Below, piece after piece: positions 1 through 10,082 of a stretch of 64,000 bases of DNA. A program made the position numbers and the translations under genes. Source of the DNA: a virus (taxonomy: Duplodnaviria; Caudoviricetes); IMG/VR virus record IMGVR_UViG_2791354954_000001, positions 3,446 through 67,445 of that record. One strand, written 5' to 3'. The stretch's first letter is position 1, and every line of letters starts with the position of its first letter. The notes below the pieces were generated by a model. It was given only the letters and a program-made list of their open reading frames with translations. It made no database searches and was not told where the DNA came from.

Positions 1-147
1 TCCGTTTTTGTCGGTCACAATCCGCTTGCCGTTTGCTTGCCCTTCTAATAATTCAACATATTTTTCTTCACTGATTTCAACCGCACTTTCCGGCACAAAC
101 CCGCCGTAGGCATTATTGTAAAAGCCGTCTTTGTAATAAATTGCCAT
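1..147 (-). CDS. Tail fibre assembly protein (partial, runs off window)
   Basis: Own translation MAIYYKDGFYNNAYGGFVPESAVEISEEKYVELLEGQANGKRIVTDKNG; TAATG overlap with fibre stop. Confidence 0.7.
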   Translation of the reverse strand, partial: MAIYYKDGFYNNAYGGFVPESAVEISEEKYVELLEGQANGKRIVTDKNG

Positions 148-1877
148 TATTTCCATCTCCCGATTGCGAAAAATTGAATGCGCACCGCACCTTGGTTTAC
201 ACTGCCGTGTTCGTACAAGTAGTAGTAACAAGCCGATTTATTTGATTTTGAAAGGACGTTAATGCCGGCATCGTGGTCATCATTCACCGATGTGGTCACT
301 TTTGTTAAAATCAGGGGCGTTTCAACAAAGGCTTGCGCCCAATTAAAGGATTTTTCTTTCCAATCGGCTAGGTCATTTTGACTAATGACATAGGTTTGTA
401 TTATCGTGCCGTCAGGGTGGCGACGTACTTCAAAATTGCCTATTTTTTGATAAGTAAAATCCCTGTCCGTCAGCAGTTTTTCGTTAGTCCAACTGTTACC
501 CGATAAATCATCATTGGTGCGGATGTAATGATTGTTTGTTCCCCCCGAAATAATTTGGGTTTTCTGATTGCCTTGGTCGGCAATCTGAATACCCACCCAG
601 TCTGCCCCCGTAGGCAATCCCAATCCGTTTAATGAATTGTCCCCAAAACTTAAAAAGCGTGTACCGGTGATGTTATTAAGGCTTATATCGCTATTTGCCC
701 AATTTGTTAGTGTAAAGACAGGGTTGGTAAAATCTTCCTGCAATGCCACTGTGCCGTTTTTTTCCGGTGTGTAGATGACATAGTGGTTGCTTCCTGATTG
801 TTTGTTACGGCGAATAAAAGCAAAACGATTTCCGTTGCTTTCCATCAACATTTGGTCATTATTGCTTGGTCTATCAATCCGCAAGCCGCCATAATTTCCG
901 GCAGTTGCGTCAATATAAGCACGGTTTGAATAATGGATGCCACCAAGTTCGGAATTGTCAATTTTTAGTTCCAGTCCATTTCTAGTAGGATTCCATCTTA
1001 ATTGAATGTTGTTATTGCTACTTAACCCACGGATATAGCCATTGCCCCCTTTAAAATCATTAATCGTATTGAGTGCCGTTGTGCCTCTGTCGTAGGCAAG
1101 TTTTGCCGCACGGCTGGTCGCTACGGTTTCCGTTGAGCTGCTATCCACCGCATTGCTTTTTTTATTATTAGGGATGTAATTGGCAAAATTAGCGGTATTC
1201 TGGTTTGAAATTGACCGCACTTTGGCAAGTTCGGCATTGACCCAACTTTGATATGCTACAACCTCACCATCATTCCTGATATGCGGGAAAGCAAGATAAA
1301 CTTGTGAACCGCTATTTGGTATCCATTTCATATTGAATCGGCGGTTGTTAGCGGTATGACTATCAGGATGCACTTCTAAATGCCACACGCCTTGTTTGGC
1401 ACCGAATTTGTAAGCAGCCCACTCACCGTTTACGCTTTCTGCTTTCAACACACCGTAAATTGACTGATTGCCGTTTTTCTTGAGTGTCGCCTCATCAACT
1501 TGGTTGGCTTTGTCTAGTGCATCTACAGCTTTATCGTATGCAGCTTTCACCGCCTTTGACGTAGCCGCTTCCGTTTCCGAATTACTGTTTGTTGAAGAGC
1601 TTAATTGCACTTCACCTTTTTGTTTTGTACCGGCAGTTCTACGATTATTTTCAATAATTTTCACAATCGCGTCATATAATTGCTTTGTTGAATCATCTTT
1701 CGGTTTAAATCCCGCTTTTTGCAATACATAATGGGCTTCGGTTTGTATATCACGCAATCGGTCTTGCACATCGTTAAGCCACGTTTCGGTTACACGTGTG
1801 CCTTGTTCACCGGTTGCCGGATTGCCGTTGTGAAATAATCCGTCTTTCGTATCAATTTTCGGCAATAGATTTTTCAT
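147..1877 (-). CDS. Mu-like tail fibre protein
   Basis: N-terminal FHNGNPATGEQGTRVTETWLN; fibre repeats GEVQLSSSTNS..AATSKAVKAAYD; follows gp48. Confidence 0.88.
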   Translation of the reverse strand: MKNLLPKIDTKDGLFHNGNPATGEQGTRVTETWLNDVQDRLRDIQTEAHYVLQKAGFKPKDDSTKQLYDAIVKIIENNRRTAGTKQKGEVQLSSSTNSNSETEAATSKAVKAAYDKAVDALDKANQVDEATLKKNGNQSIYGVLKAESVNGEWAAYKFGAKQGVWHLEVHPDSHTANNRRFNMKWIPNSGSQVYLAFPHIRNDGEVVAYQSWVNAELAKVRSISNQNTANFANYIPNNKKSNAVDSSSTETVATSRAAKLAYDRGTTALNTINDFKGGNGYIRGLSSNNNIQLRWNPTRNGLELKIDNSELGGIHYSNRAYIDATAGNYGGLRIDRPSNNDQMLMESNGNRFAFIRRNKQSGSNHYVIYTPEKNGTVALQEDFTNPVFTLTNWANSDISLNNITGTRFLSFGDNSLNGLGLPTGADWVGIQIADQGNQKTQIISGGTNNHYIRTNDDLSGNSWTNEKLLTDRDFTYQKIGNFEVRRHPDGTIIQTYVISQNDLADWKEKSFNWAQAFVETPLILTKVTTSVNDDHDAGINVLSKSNKSACYYYLYEHGSVNQGAVRIQFFAIGRWK

Positions 1878-1880
1878 AAA

Positions 1881-2474
1881 TTAAGATCTCGTTTGATAAG
1901 CAAAATAACAGTAGGTATGTGCCGGTTTTAAATCTTTAAAAAACTCTTCGATAATCGGGTCGCCAAATTCCACAAGGTGATCGCCGGCGAAAGATTGTCC
2001 CGCCCGAAAATACACGATGTTGTCATCCCCATTTAGCACATCAACCCGCCACATAAAAATCAGGTTTTCTTGGGCTTCATCCCGAAATTGCTCCAAGTCA
2101 CCGGGATTGGGTAAATCATTGGCAAAGGGCGAAAATTCTTTGATGTCAATCTGATAACCAATGCTTTCGGCAATGCGTTTAAAATAAGGGATTGACAAGC
2201 CACCCACTGCATTTAATTGGGCAATCACCCGTTTTACCCGAGCTTGATAATTTTTCGATAAATCGGTTTTAATGCCACATAATCGTTCCCAGTCGGCGAG
2301 CATCGTATTTGACATAGTCGGCTCAATCACATTGAGCATTTCAACCGCACTTTGTTGCACACGGTCAAACGCATTGCCGTCTATTTCACATTGCGCTAAA
2401 AACCGCTCCCCGTTGATGTTGTAAGATACCGGCGGATAAAGCCGCGAAAGCACTTTTTTATGTTCAATTTGCAT
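1881..2474 (-). CDS. Baseplate protein Mu gp48 (YmfQ/DUF2313-like)
   Basis: MLADWERLCGI, GGLSIPYF, KPAHT motifs; start moved to MQIEH, coupled to gp47 stop. Confidence 0.85.
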   Translation of the reverse strand: MQIEHKKVLSRLYPPVSYNINGERFLAQCEIDGNAFDRVQQSAVEMLNVIEPTMSNTMLADWERLCGIKTDLSKNYQARVKRVIAQLNAVGGLSIPYFKRIAESIGYQIDIKEFSPFANDLPNPGDLEQFRDEAQENLIFMWRVDVLNGDDNIVYFRAGQSFAGDHLVEFGDPIIEEFFKDLKPAHTYCYFAYQTRS

Positions 2475-3538
2475 TATGTAAGCTCCGTCACCGTCACAGT
2501 GCCAAGCCGAAACCATTCGATTTTGCTTGTTACATCAGCTTTGCGATTAGCGGTTGGTGCAGTAAATTTACGGTCAACCACGCCTACCAAATTATTCACC
2601 ACGGCTTCGCATTGCGACACAATTAAATCATCGCCGGGGATAAGCGTGTTAAAATAATCGGAAAGTGCGGTCTGAATAGCTGTCCGAATTTCGGCAAGCG
2701 TCACCCCGCTGATTTTTACTTTTATCGTAAAATTGACTTTGGTCACATCCGGCTTGACTACTTTGCTTTCTCTTGCCGTAACCGGGCGCACATCATCAAT
2801 ATATTCTTGACAACGGCGCACCGTCTCATCAGACGGCACGTCATTATTGGACGTAATAGCAATATCTACTGTGCCAAGTCCTCGGCGCAACGGATACACA
2901 TAAGCCGCATCAACACCGTCAACAGATAACGCCCAGGTGCGATAGTCGTAGCGATTGCCACCGGCTGGCGGTCGGCGAATAATTTCAAGCAGCCGTTCAA
3001 GCAAAGATGAATCACTTTCGGCATCCGTTGCCCCAATCACCTCATTGAGTATCACATCCGATTGCACGCCAACGGGGGCTGCCATAAAACTCGCTTTAGT
3101 TTCTGTTCGGATATTTTGATTTGCCCCGGTGGCAAGTGAGCGCACCGGCACAACGACTGAACCTTCCCGAGAAATAACCGCACTTTCACTGGTTTCATAA
3201 AAGCGATTATCATCGGTCTTAATTTGCAAACCGGCTTTAATCTCCGCACCCGGTTGTCCGGTAATCAATGCACCAAACCCACTGGCATAAGTCGCATTTC
3301 GGCGGCGAATACCGCGCAATCCGGCGTGCTTTTCAAGAAAATCCGTGTCAGCGGTATCAGGGAAAAATTGTTTGATGACCCATTTTTGATGTGCATAAAT
3401 GCCTTCTGCAACGGCGGCAAGACTGCTTGCGCGCACATAATAATCACTATCTACGCTAATATCGGCTTGCGGTTCAAGGGATTGCACATCACGTAAAATG
3501 GCTTGACGAATATCTTCTAAACTCGGCACGATAAACAT
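2474..3538 (-). CDS. Baseplate J-like protein Mu gp47
   Basis: FPDTAD..LEKHA, PPAGGNRYDY, RRGLGTVD motifs. Confidence 0.9.
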   Translation of the reverse strand: MFIVPSLEDIRQAILRDVQSLEPQADISVDSDYYVRASSLAAVAEGIYAHQKWVIKQFFPDTADTDFLEKHAGLRGIRRRNATYASGFGALITGQPGAEIKAGLQIKTDDNRFYETSESAVISREGSVVVPVRSLATGANQNIRTETKASFMAAPVGVQSDVILNEVIGATDAESDSSLLERLLEIIRRPPAGGNRYDYRTWALSVDGVDAAYVYPLRRGLGTVDIAITSNNDVPSDETVRRCQEYIDDVRPVTARESKVVKPDVTKVNFTIKVKISGVTLAEIRTAIQTALSDYFNTLIPGDDLIVSQCEAVVNNLVGVVDRKFTAPTANRKADVTSKIEWFRLGTVTVTELT

Positions 3539-3552
3539 ACTTTAAACTCCGT

Positions 3553-3903
3553 TTAAATCACTTTTACCGGGTGTTTAAACTGATAAATATCGCCCCGGTT
3601 ATCACGAATGGAAATCGCTAAAATCACCGTGCCGTTATGCGGTTGGGTATGATTGACCGTGATTTCTTCGGCACGTCCGTCATCAATTAAAGGCTGCAAG
3701 GCTTCTTCGGCGTATTGCTGTGCAATGAGTCCCACGCGTGATAAATCTTTTTCTTTTGGAATGAGATGGAGCAGAGAGCCTACACGCCCATCTGCCCACC
3801 AAGAGCCTAAAGGTGTGGTTAATCTGATATACGCCGCATTAGCAAGCGTACTGATTTGTTTATTGGTATAGTCCCCGGTAAGCGGGCTGATCTCTCTGTC
3901 CAT
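3553..3903 (-). CDS. Baseplate protein Mu gp46
   Basis: GSWWAD..GSLLHL and YAEEALQPLIDDG motifs; start at MDREISP. Confidence 0.85.
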   Translation of the reverse strand: MDREISPLTGDYTNKQISTLANAAYIRLTTPLGSWWADGRVGSLLHLIPKEKDLSRVGLIAQQYAEEALQPLIDDGRAEEITVNHTQPHNGTVILAISIRDNRGDIYQFKHPVKVI

Positions 3904-3909
3904 ACGGGC

Positions 3910-3963
3910 AGGATAAGCGAAAAGAGAATAAAAAAAGCGGTGAGAGAGTTCCACACCGCTTTT
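3910..3963 (-). promoter_or_regulatory. Late promoter box GTGTGGAACTCTCTC with -10 TATCCT, box overlapping a terminator-like hairpin
   Basis: 15-mer at 3942-3956 is identical to 15989-16003 and 23853-23867; -10 at 3910-3915. Confidence 0.7.
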
Positions 3964-3974
3964 GGGTTGATATG

Positions 3975-4568
3975 TTATTGAGGACTTCCGGTCATTCCAC
4001 CGCTGTCACCGCGATGAAGATGATTAACAAGGGACTTACCGCTTGCCGTCACATCACCGTCTGTTGTAATACTGCCGCCTTGGATAGCCATACCGCCATT
4101 GCCGTTAATTTGCCCCTGTGCGGTAAAAACGTGGTCGGTCTCAACTAAAGGGCTTGAAATAGCCACTTTGGTCTCGGCTTTAATTTTCAATATATCGCAA
4201 TCAATTTCAATTAATCGCCCCTGCTTTAATACAATGCTTGAGCCGCTTTCGTCATAAACTGCCACCTCGCCGCCTTGCAGATTTTTTACCCGAAACGCCC
4301 CATTTTCGGTGGCAATCACAATACCGTGGCTGGTTTGCCCACCGATTGGGATAATCACTGCCTGTGTGTTTGCCGGTGGCACAGACGTAAAACCAAAATG
4401 TTGCATCAATTCCACATCTTGCAAGGTTTCGTCCGCAAGCCCGGATACTTGCACTTTCTGGATATTGTCCGCACTTTTTACTAAATTTAATACGCCCCGA
4501 AAGGCTTGTCGAATATCATTTACTGCATTTTGCGTTTTTTGCTGAATGGCTTGAGCTAATCTTCTCAC
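3975..4568 (-). CDS. Baseplate spike Mu gp45
   Basis: ELMQHFGFTSVPP, GEVAVYD and C-terminal HxH (NHLH). Confidence 0.9.
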   Translation of the reverse strand: MRRLAQAIQQKTQNAVNDIRQAFRGVLNLVKSADNIQKVQVSGLADETLQDVELMQHFGFTSVPPANTQAVIIPIGGQTSHGIVIATENGAFRVKNLQGGEVAVYDESGSSIVLKQGRLIEIDCDILKIKAETKVAISSPLVETDHVFTAQGQINGNGGMAIQGGSITTDGDVTASGKSLVNHLHRGDSGGMTGSPQ

Positions 4569-5698
4569 TAGGATGTCCCCTCAAAAATAGATGCAACAGC
4601 ACGTTTTCCTTTTTTCCCTTTTTTACCCTTACGTTTACGGGCTTTTTCCGCTTTCGCCGAATAGGCATCCGGTGTCCACACGCCGTCTTCTTTAAAGCGT
4701 AGTTCGGTTTGCGTGCCACCATTTCGGCTTAACGTAAAACGTCGCCCCATCAAAAAGAAAATGGCATCAATATCATATTCTTCGCAAATGATGTGTACCC
4801 GTTGCCCCGGTTGCCATAATGTCCCGTCTTGCATTTTATGATCCGGCACAATAATCGTGAGCGTAAAACCCTCTAAAATACTGTCGGCAATATACTTCTT
4901 CGCCCACTTTTGCAGTGCTTCAAGATTATCCACATCTGACACAACCACAGTTTTGGGTTTATAAGTCGTCATATCCGGCGCGCGATAAACCCATTTCAAA
5001 TCATTTTTATTGTCTGTGCCTTGCTTACCGTGGCTTTGCGCAAGAAAGGTCACCTCGCTGAAACGATTGGACATATCAAAGGTTAAATCCGCTTGCTCAA
5101 AGTTATTGCGCTTGCCGTCTTTGGTGCAACAAAGTGTCGCTACAGGCGGCGTACTGTAATCTGCGCCACCTACAATCAATGTGCCATTTGGCTCAAACCA
5201 AATATGCACCCCGGCAGCATTTGCACAGCGCATTGCCGCATTCCACGCGGTTTCGCCTACTTCAATGTCCACTTTATCCAGTGTTGGGTTGTTTTCGGCT
5301 TTGAGTTGCACTTGTTTAATCCCAAGCGGCGCAACAATTTTTTTAATGGCATCTAACACCGTCAAGCCTTTTACATTCGTAATAGGGGCGGAGCAGTCCA
5401 CTAAAATGCTCGCACGGTCGCGACCGTTTAAACTATAAGAACGTCCCATTTTACCGATTGAATGCTGTGTCGTATCCACAATGCCCGTCATCACCAACTC
5501 ATTATTTATTCGCACTTTGACTTCCGCCCCTGAAAAATCAGGCAAGACAGTGCTGTCAGACGGCACACCCAAATCAAATCGAAACGCATCGGCAGGAATT
5601 AAAAAATCGCTATCAATGTCATAGCTTTTCCAACGATTATGCACGCGGCCATCAATTTCAACGACCACGTCGTTGTTATACGGATAATTATTTGACAT
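4568..5698 (-). CDS. Baseplate hub Mu gp44 (P)
   Basis: GRDRASILVDCSAP, RFSEVT, LWQPGQRV motifs; synteny. Confidence 0.9.
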   Translation of the reverse strand: MSNNYPYNNDVVVEIDGRVHNRWKSYDIDSDFLIPADAFRFDLGVPSDSTVLPDFSGAEVKVRINNELVMTGIVDTTQHSIGKMGRSYSLNGRDRASILVDCSAPITNVKGLTVLDAIKKIVAPLGIKQVQLKAENNPTLDKVDIEVGETAWNAAMRCANAAGVHIWFEPNGTLIVGGADYSTPPVATLCCTKDGKRNNFEQADLTFDMSNRFSEVTFLAQSHGKQGTDNKNDLKWVYRAPDMTTYKPKTVVVSDVDNLEALQKWAKKYIADSILEGFTLTIIVPDHKMQDGTLWQPGQRVHIICEEYDIDAIFFLMGRRFTLSRNGGTQTELRFKEDGVWTPDAYSAKAEKARKRKGKKGKKGKRAVASIFEGTS

Positions 5699-7025
5699 AA
5701 CTATTTAACCACTCCCCACGTTCAACTAAATTTGGATAACGAATTTGCGGATTTAGTCGTAATAATTCATCTGCACGTTGATAGTCGCCGTAAAAAGCGT
5801 GTGCAATTTGTTGTACTGTGCCGTCAAAAGGCACTTCGCGTACCATTAGAGGCGGTTTGCGATTAATTGCGGCAAGCGCAAGCTGGGTAAATTTATGCGC
5901 TTTATTGCGTAATTGTTCAGCCGTCTTATGCGCAGCCGCATAAAAGCCGGTGTTGGGCGTAGTTAATACCGTAATATTTGCTCCACTGTGTTCTTTATCA
6001 ATTTGCTCACGCAATAACTGTAAATTCTCCACAATTTGCGACCGCACTTTCATCGTGATGTCATCAATATCTTGTGGCAATAAATCATCTTCTTCGATTA
6101 ATTCCGTCCCAATGCGTAATAACGTCATACTCACCGCAAGCTGCATCATCAAATGTACCGATTCGATGTCCGCTTTGCTAAAAGAGGCGGTAAGCGATTT
6201 TAATGCGGCTTGTTCTTTTGCCGATTTAATATTTTTCCCGCTTGCCAAATCACCGGGAATGGCTTTAATTTGTCTTATAGTGCGTAACACTTCGTCAAAT
6301 TTTGCGCGCGTGGTTAAATCTTTACGGGCAGCAGTTTGTCGTAAGCCCAAATCAATCATTGTGATTAAATCACGCACCGCACGGGTCGATTTAGTTTTAA
6401 AACTCTCTTGGGTTACAATCGGTGAGACAGCATAATGGGTTTTATCAAAATCAAATAAATGGCGGATTTGCTCAAAACAACCGAACAACGCCCCATACAC
6501 GCCAAGCAAACGCGATTTTGCATTCGCCGCAAAGGCGACAATTTCCATAAATTCGCCATATAACGCCATTGCATCATCAACAAAATTTTCAAGTTCATTG
6601 AGCAATGCGTCAATTTTTGCCAACAACGAATGATTAAACACAAAAATCGGTTTGGCGGGCGTGGACTCAATAAAGGTTAAATCCAATGCCACATAATCAA
6701 TCATCTCGGCTTTGTGGCGAAAATTTGCCCCGGTGCAAATCATATTTTGCAAACGACCACGAATAGGATGTACCAACGTTGCTGCGCCTGATTGCTGCAA
6801 CACATTCAAAAAGCGTTTAAAGTCTGTGTAATAACCGTCCCCATAAAACACGGCTTGCATTCGCACATTCAGAGGATTTAACCCCAAATCTTCTACGTCT
6901 GCACCATTGACAAAGGGGTAAGCGTGTTCGATTGTGGAGCGATAAAAATCATCATCAACCGAGATCACATCAAAACGCACGCCCCGAAAGCTCGCGTGCT
7001 GAACAGGTATTGTCCAACCTTTCAT
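5688..7025 (-). CDS. DNA circularization protein Mu gp43 (N)
   Basis: ASFRGVRF..HAYPF..VEDLG and LVHP motifs; C-terminal RADELLRLNP. Confidence 0.9.
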   Translation of the reverse strand: MKGWTIPVQHASFRGVRFDVISVDDDFYRSTIEHAYPFVNGADVEDLGLNPLNVRMQAVFYGDGYYTDFKRFLNVLQQSGAATLVHPIRGRLQNMICTGANFRHKAEMIDYVALDLTFIESTPAKPIFVFNHSLLAKIDALLNELENFVDDAMALYGEFMEIVAFAANAKSRLLGVYGALFGCFEQIRHLFDFDKTHYAVSPIVTQESFKTKSTRAVRDLITMIDLGLRQTAARKDLTTRAKFDEVLRTIRQIKAIPGDLASGKNIKSAKEQAALKSLTASFSKADIESVHLMMQLAVSMTLLRIGTELIEEDDLLPQDIDDITMKVRSQIVENLQLLREQIDKEHSGANITVLTTPNTGFYAAAHKTAEQLRNKAHKFTQLALAAINRKPPLMVREVPFDGTVQQIAHAFYGDYQRADELLRLNPQIRYPNLVERGEWLNSYVK

Positions 7026-7027
7026 TT

Positions 7028-9472
7028 TTACCCCCAACGTTTCATTTCTTGATATTGATGTTCAGACGTTTGCTCCGCCACAATTCGCCCGTCTAAATCC
7101 ACTTTAATTTGGTTTTGAATGGTAAAGTTTTGGCTCTCAATCGCTGTTCTTAATCCATCGCTAATCGTCTGCCCCAAATGTTGAAATTCGGCTTGGTAGT
7201 TTGAAAACACAGATAGTTCACCCAATGTGCGATGTAAAGCTGAATTTGTATCATTGGCACTATTGGTTAAACCACTGTAATCTGTTGTTCTTGCTGCCAT
7301 AATTTGTTGATACTGTTTAGGGTATTTAGCTGCAAGACGAGCATTTTCTTCTGCTTGTGCAGCAGATTTAGCCGAATAATCATCTAATATTGCCTGAATA
7401 GCTTTACTATCCGCGTCTGTCACATCACCTTTTTCTAATCGTGATTTCAAATAATCCAAGGAGGCATTTTTTTGTTGCTTTGAGGTAAAAAGTGAATAAA
7501 AACGACTAAAGTCATTAAAGGCAGCATTAAGCTCATCATCCACATAACGCACACTATTCATTCCTTTAAACTCCGCTTGCTCCGCTTCGTTTGCAGAACC
7601 GTCACGAACTTTATTGAGTAATGTTTTTGTGCGTAAATTACGATCTGTCACTTGTTTTTCTTTTTCGGGATCTTTTTGAGTATCGCCACTCAAGGTCAAA
7701 ACAGAACCAAATATACCGGCTAATCTAGCCACGCTAGCCAACACACTTGAACCAGCCCCACTCAAAGTACTTGCCGTCGTTGCGCCTGAACCTGTCACTG
7801 TGGTTCCAACGCCTAACCCTAAACTTCCTAATCCCCCCATCATATAGCCGCCCAAACCATACATTGCGGCAGAACCGGCAACACTTGCCACTTGCCCGAT
7901 ACCGGCTAATTCGGGGTGATCTTTCATTTGGCTAATGAACCACTGATCATAGGCTTTACCGAGATCATTAACTTTGCCTAGTAATGGTTGGGATTGTAAA
8001 AATTTCAATGAATCCGCTTTCGCTTCTACGGCGGCAGAAGTGGAATTTTTGACACTGACCGCTTTATCAATATTCTTACCTAATTTTCCCTCTTCTAAAT
8101 TTTCAGAATATTGTGCCGTTTGTTCTTTGTCGGTGGCTGCAATAACCCCTGCTTTAGCTTGAACATCCGGCATAACTTGAGAAATCAAAAAACCACGTTT
8201 TAAATCTAATTGGCGTTGGATTTCTTGTTTTTCGGTTTCTTTGGTGGCATTGGCGAGCTTTTTACGCAGAGCTTGATACGCTTTATCACCTTTTAGCATT
8301 TCCTCTACGATTTTTAATAACACCTGCATCGGGTTCATCCCTTTTTTTGCGCCATCGAGCATGGATTTTTCCACATCAATGCCTTTTCCTTTTAATGCAG
8401 GGTGATCTAATTTTTTAAGACGGGTTACCGTGTCTGCCGCCGTTTGTTTGTTTAACGCATTGCTAACGTTAGTTGCTGCTTCGTCATTTGAACCTGCTTT
8501 ATTTGCCGCACTTTGTAGCCACGATAAGATAAATTTAAAATCCTCTATACCAGAATAAGCATTGTTTTTTGCCGTAGATAAGATAGAAGGCAATTTACTC
8601 ACCATATCCGAGACTTCAAATTTTCCGTCATAACCGGATTGCAACACCATTTCTAACGCTTTATTAAGATCATTGCCCTTAAAGCCATAATCACTCAACG
8701 TTTTAACCAGTGACCCCACATCTTCGCCGCTCGCATTTGCCGCGATTTGCATTTTTTGAGATGTCCCTAAATTAGCCACGGCTTCATCAAAGTTCATTCC
8801 GCCTTTTAGCATACCGTCTAAGCCTTGTAAGGCTTGATCAGCAGTTCCCCCATATTTATCGACAGTATCTAATACGGCTTGATTAATTTTGGCAAAACCC
8901 TCATTTTTGATATAGTCGGCAGACTTATCGCTAAATGCTGTTAATGCCACTTCTGCAACATTGCTATCCCATTGCTTTTTATCATTAAGGGCAGGGGCAA
9001 TCTTATTTTTTATGCCTACCGCACCGGCAACTATCGCACCACCTGCACGCATAAAACCAGCAGCACGCTGTCCCCAAGTCGTTTTCCCCATTTCCGCATT
9101 TAAACTTGCAATTTTAGCTCGTGTAACTTCTGCCGCACGAGCAAGTTCTCGGCTGCTTGCCATGCCACTGGCTCGCAAACGTTGATAAGCAGCAATAGTC
9201 TGTGCAATTTCCCGCTGAATGGTATTCTCACTACGTATACCAAGGCTCTCACGGTCGCGAGCCACAACGCGGGCGGCTTGTTGCATTTGACGGAATGATT
9301 GTTCCGTAACTCTCGCTGTACGACGTACACTTTCTTGTTGTCTTGTGCCACTTTGTACCGTTTGATTTGTTATTTCTTGTGTCGCTTTATTTACATTGCC
9401 ACGCATTTTATCAATCACGCGACTGGCATAATCCTGCGCTTTTAATGCTAACGCCAAGGTCATTTTTGCCAT
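7028..9472 (-). CDS. Tail tape measure protein
   Basis: 814 aa Ala/Gly-rich helical protein between tail chaperones and N. Confidence 0.88.
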   Translation of the reverse strand: MAKMTLALALKAQDYASRVIDKMRGNVNKATQEITNQTVQSGTRQQESVRRTARVTEQSFRQMQQAARVVARDRESLGIRSENTIQREIAQTIAAYQRLRASGMASSRELARAAEVTRAKIASLNAEMGKTTWGQRAAGFMRAGGAIVAGAVGIKNKIAPALNDKKQWDSNVAEVALTAFSDKSADYIKNEGFAKINQAVLDTVDKYGGTADQALQGLDGMLKGGMNFDEAVANLGTSQKMQIAANASGEDVGSLVKTLSDYGFKGNDLNKALEMVLQSGYDGKFEVSDMVSKLPSILSTAKNNAYSGIEDFKFILSWLQSAANKAGSNDEAATNVSNALNKQTAADTVTRLKKLDHPALKGKGIDVEKSMLDGAKKGMNPMQVLLKIVEEMLKGDKAYQALRKKLANATKETEKQEIQRQLDLKRGFLISQVMPDVQAKAGVIAATDKEQTAQYSENLEEGKLGKNIDKAVSVKNSTSAAVEAKADSLKFLQSQPLLGKVNDLGKAYDQWFISQMKDHPELAGIGQVASVAGSAAMYGLGGYMMGGLGSLGLGVGTTVTGSGATTASTLSGAGSSVLASVARLAGIFGSVLTLSGDTQKDPEKEKQVTDRNLRTKTLLNKVRDGSANEAEQAEFKGMNSVRYVDDELNAAFNDFSRFYSLFTSKQQKNASLDYLKSRLEKGDVTDADSKAIQAILDDYSAKSAAQAEENARLAAKYPKQYQQIMAARTTDYSGLTNSANDTNSALHRTLGELSVFSNYQAEFQHLGQTISDGLRTAIESQNFTIQNQIKVDLDGRIVAEQTSEHQYQEMKRWG

Positions 9473-9519
9473 TTTTTAAACCCTTTTTAAACTCATTTTA
9501 AATCTACAAAAAAAGGGGC

Positions 9520-9726
9520 TTATGCCCCCTTATTTTTACGACGCATAAAGTTGTAATGCACCGTATCGCCTTTTTCCGCCTGCGGTTTAATCCCTTGCGA
9601 TTTTTGCCAGCTCGCTATCCACGCAGCCACTTCTGCGTGACACATTGCCCGCACTTGTGTCGCCGTAAAGCCAAATTTTGCAAGCAACATTACCGCACTG
9701 CGATAATTTTGCTCTGCTTCAAACAC
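9520..9726 (-). CDS. Tail assembly chaperone C-terminal part (likely reached by -1 frameshift)
   Basis: Lies in the -1 frame, which is open from the A AAA AAG site of the upstream gene. Confidence 0.7.
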   Translation of the reverse strand: MFEAEQNYRSAVMLLAKFGFTATQVRAMCHAEVAAWIASWQKSQGIKPQAEKGDTVHYNFMRRKNKGA

Positions 9727-9740
9727 ACCATAGCGTTGTT

Positions 9741-10082
9741 TTATTCGGCGTTTGCTTGGCTCAGGTTTTCCCCAGCGTCGATATGCTTTTTTCGCAAATC
9801 CGCAATCGCTTCCGTTATCAGCACATAATCATCGGTGGCAAGCGTATTCAGCAAAAATTGCGGTGTAAGCGTCTCTTTCGGTATGCCAATCACCTTAAAT
9901 TGCTCGGATAAATACGCTAAATCCACTAACATTTGCTCGGCTTTATTGAGTTTTTCTTTGCCGTCTAAACCCAAATCGGCGATTTTCTCAAGTGCCGCAC
10001 ATTCTCTACCTAAGGTCAGTAAACGTGGCTCAATATCAAAATAACGTTTGCCCTGATAAGGGATACCCAATAATAAACGCAT
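9741..10082 (-). CDS. Tail assembly chaperone (Mu gp41-like)
   Basis: Position between tube and TMP; slippery site near the 3' end. Confidence 0.78.
   Translation of the reverse strand: MRLLLGIPYQGKRYFDIEPRLLTLGRECAALEKIADLGLDGKEKLNKAEQMLVDLAYLSEQFKVIGIPKETLTPQFLLNTLATDDYVLITEAIADLRKKHIDAGENLSQANAE

Noticed and set aside
147-1877. Diversity-generating retroelement or invertible fibre segment
   Set aside because: No reverse transcriptase, template repeat, invertase or inverted fibre copy within the window; the region beyond position 1 cannot be seen.
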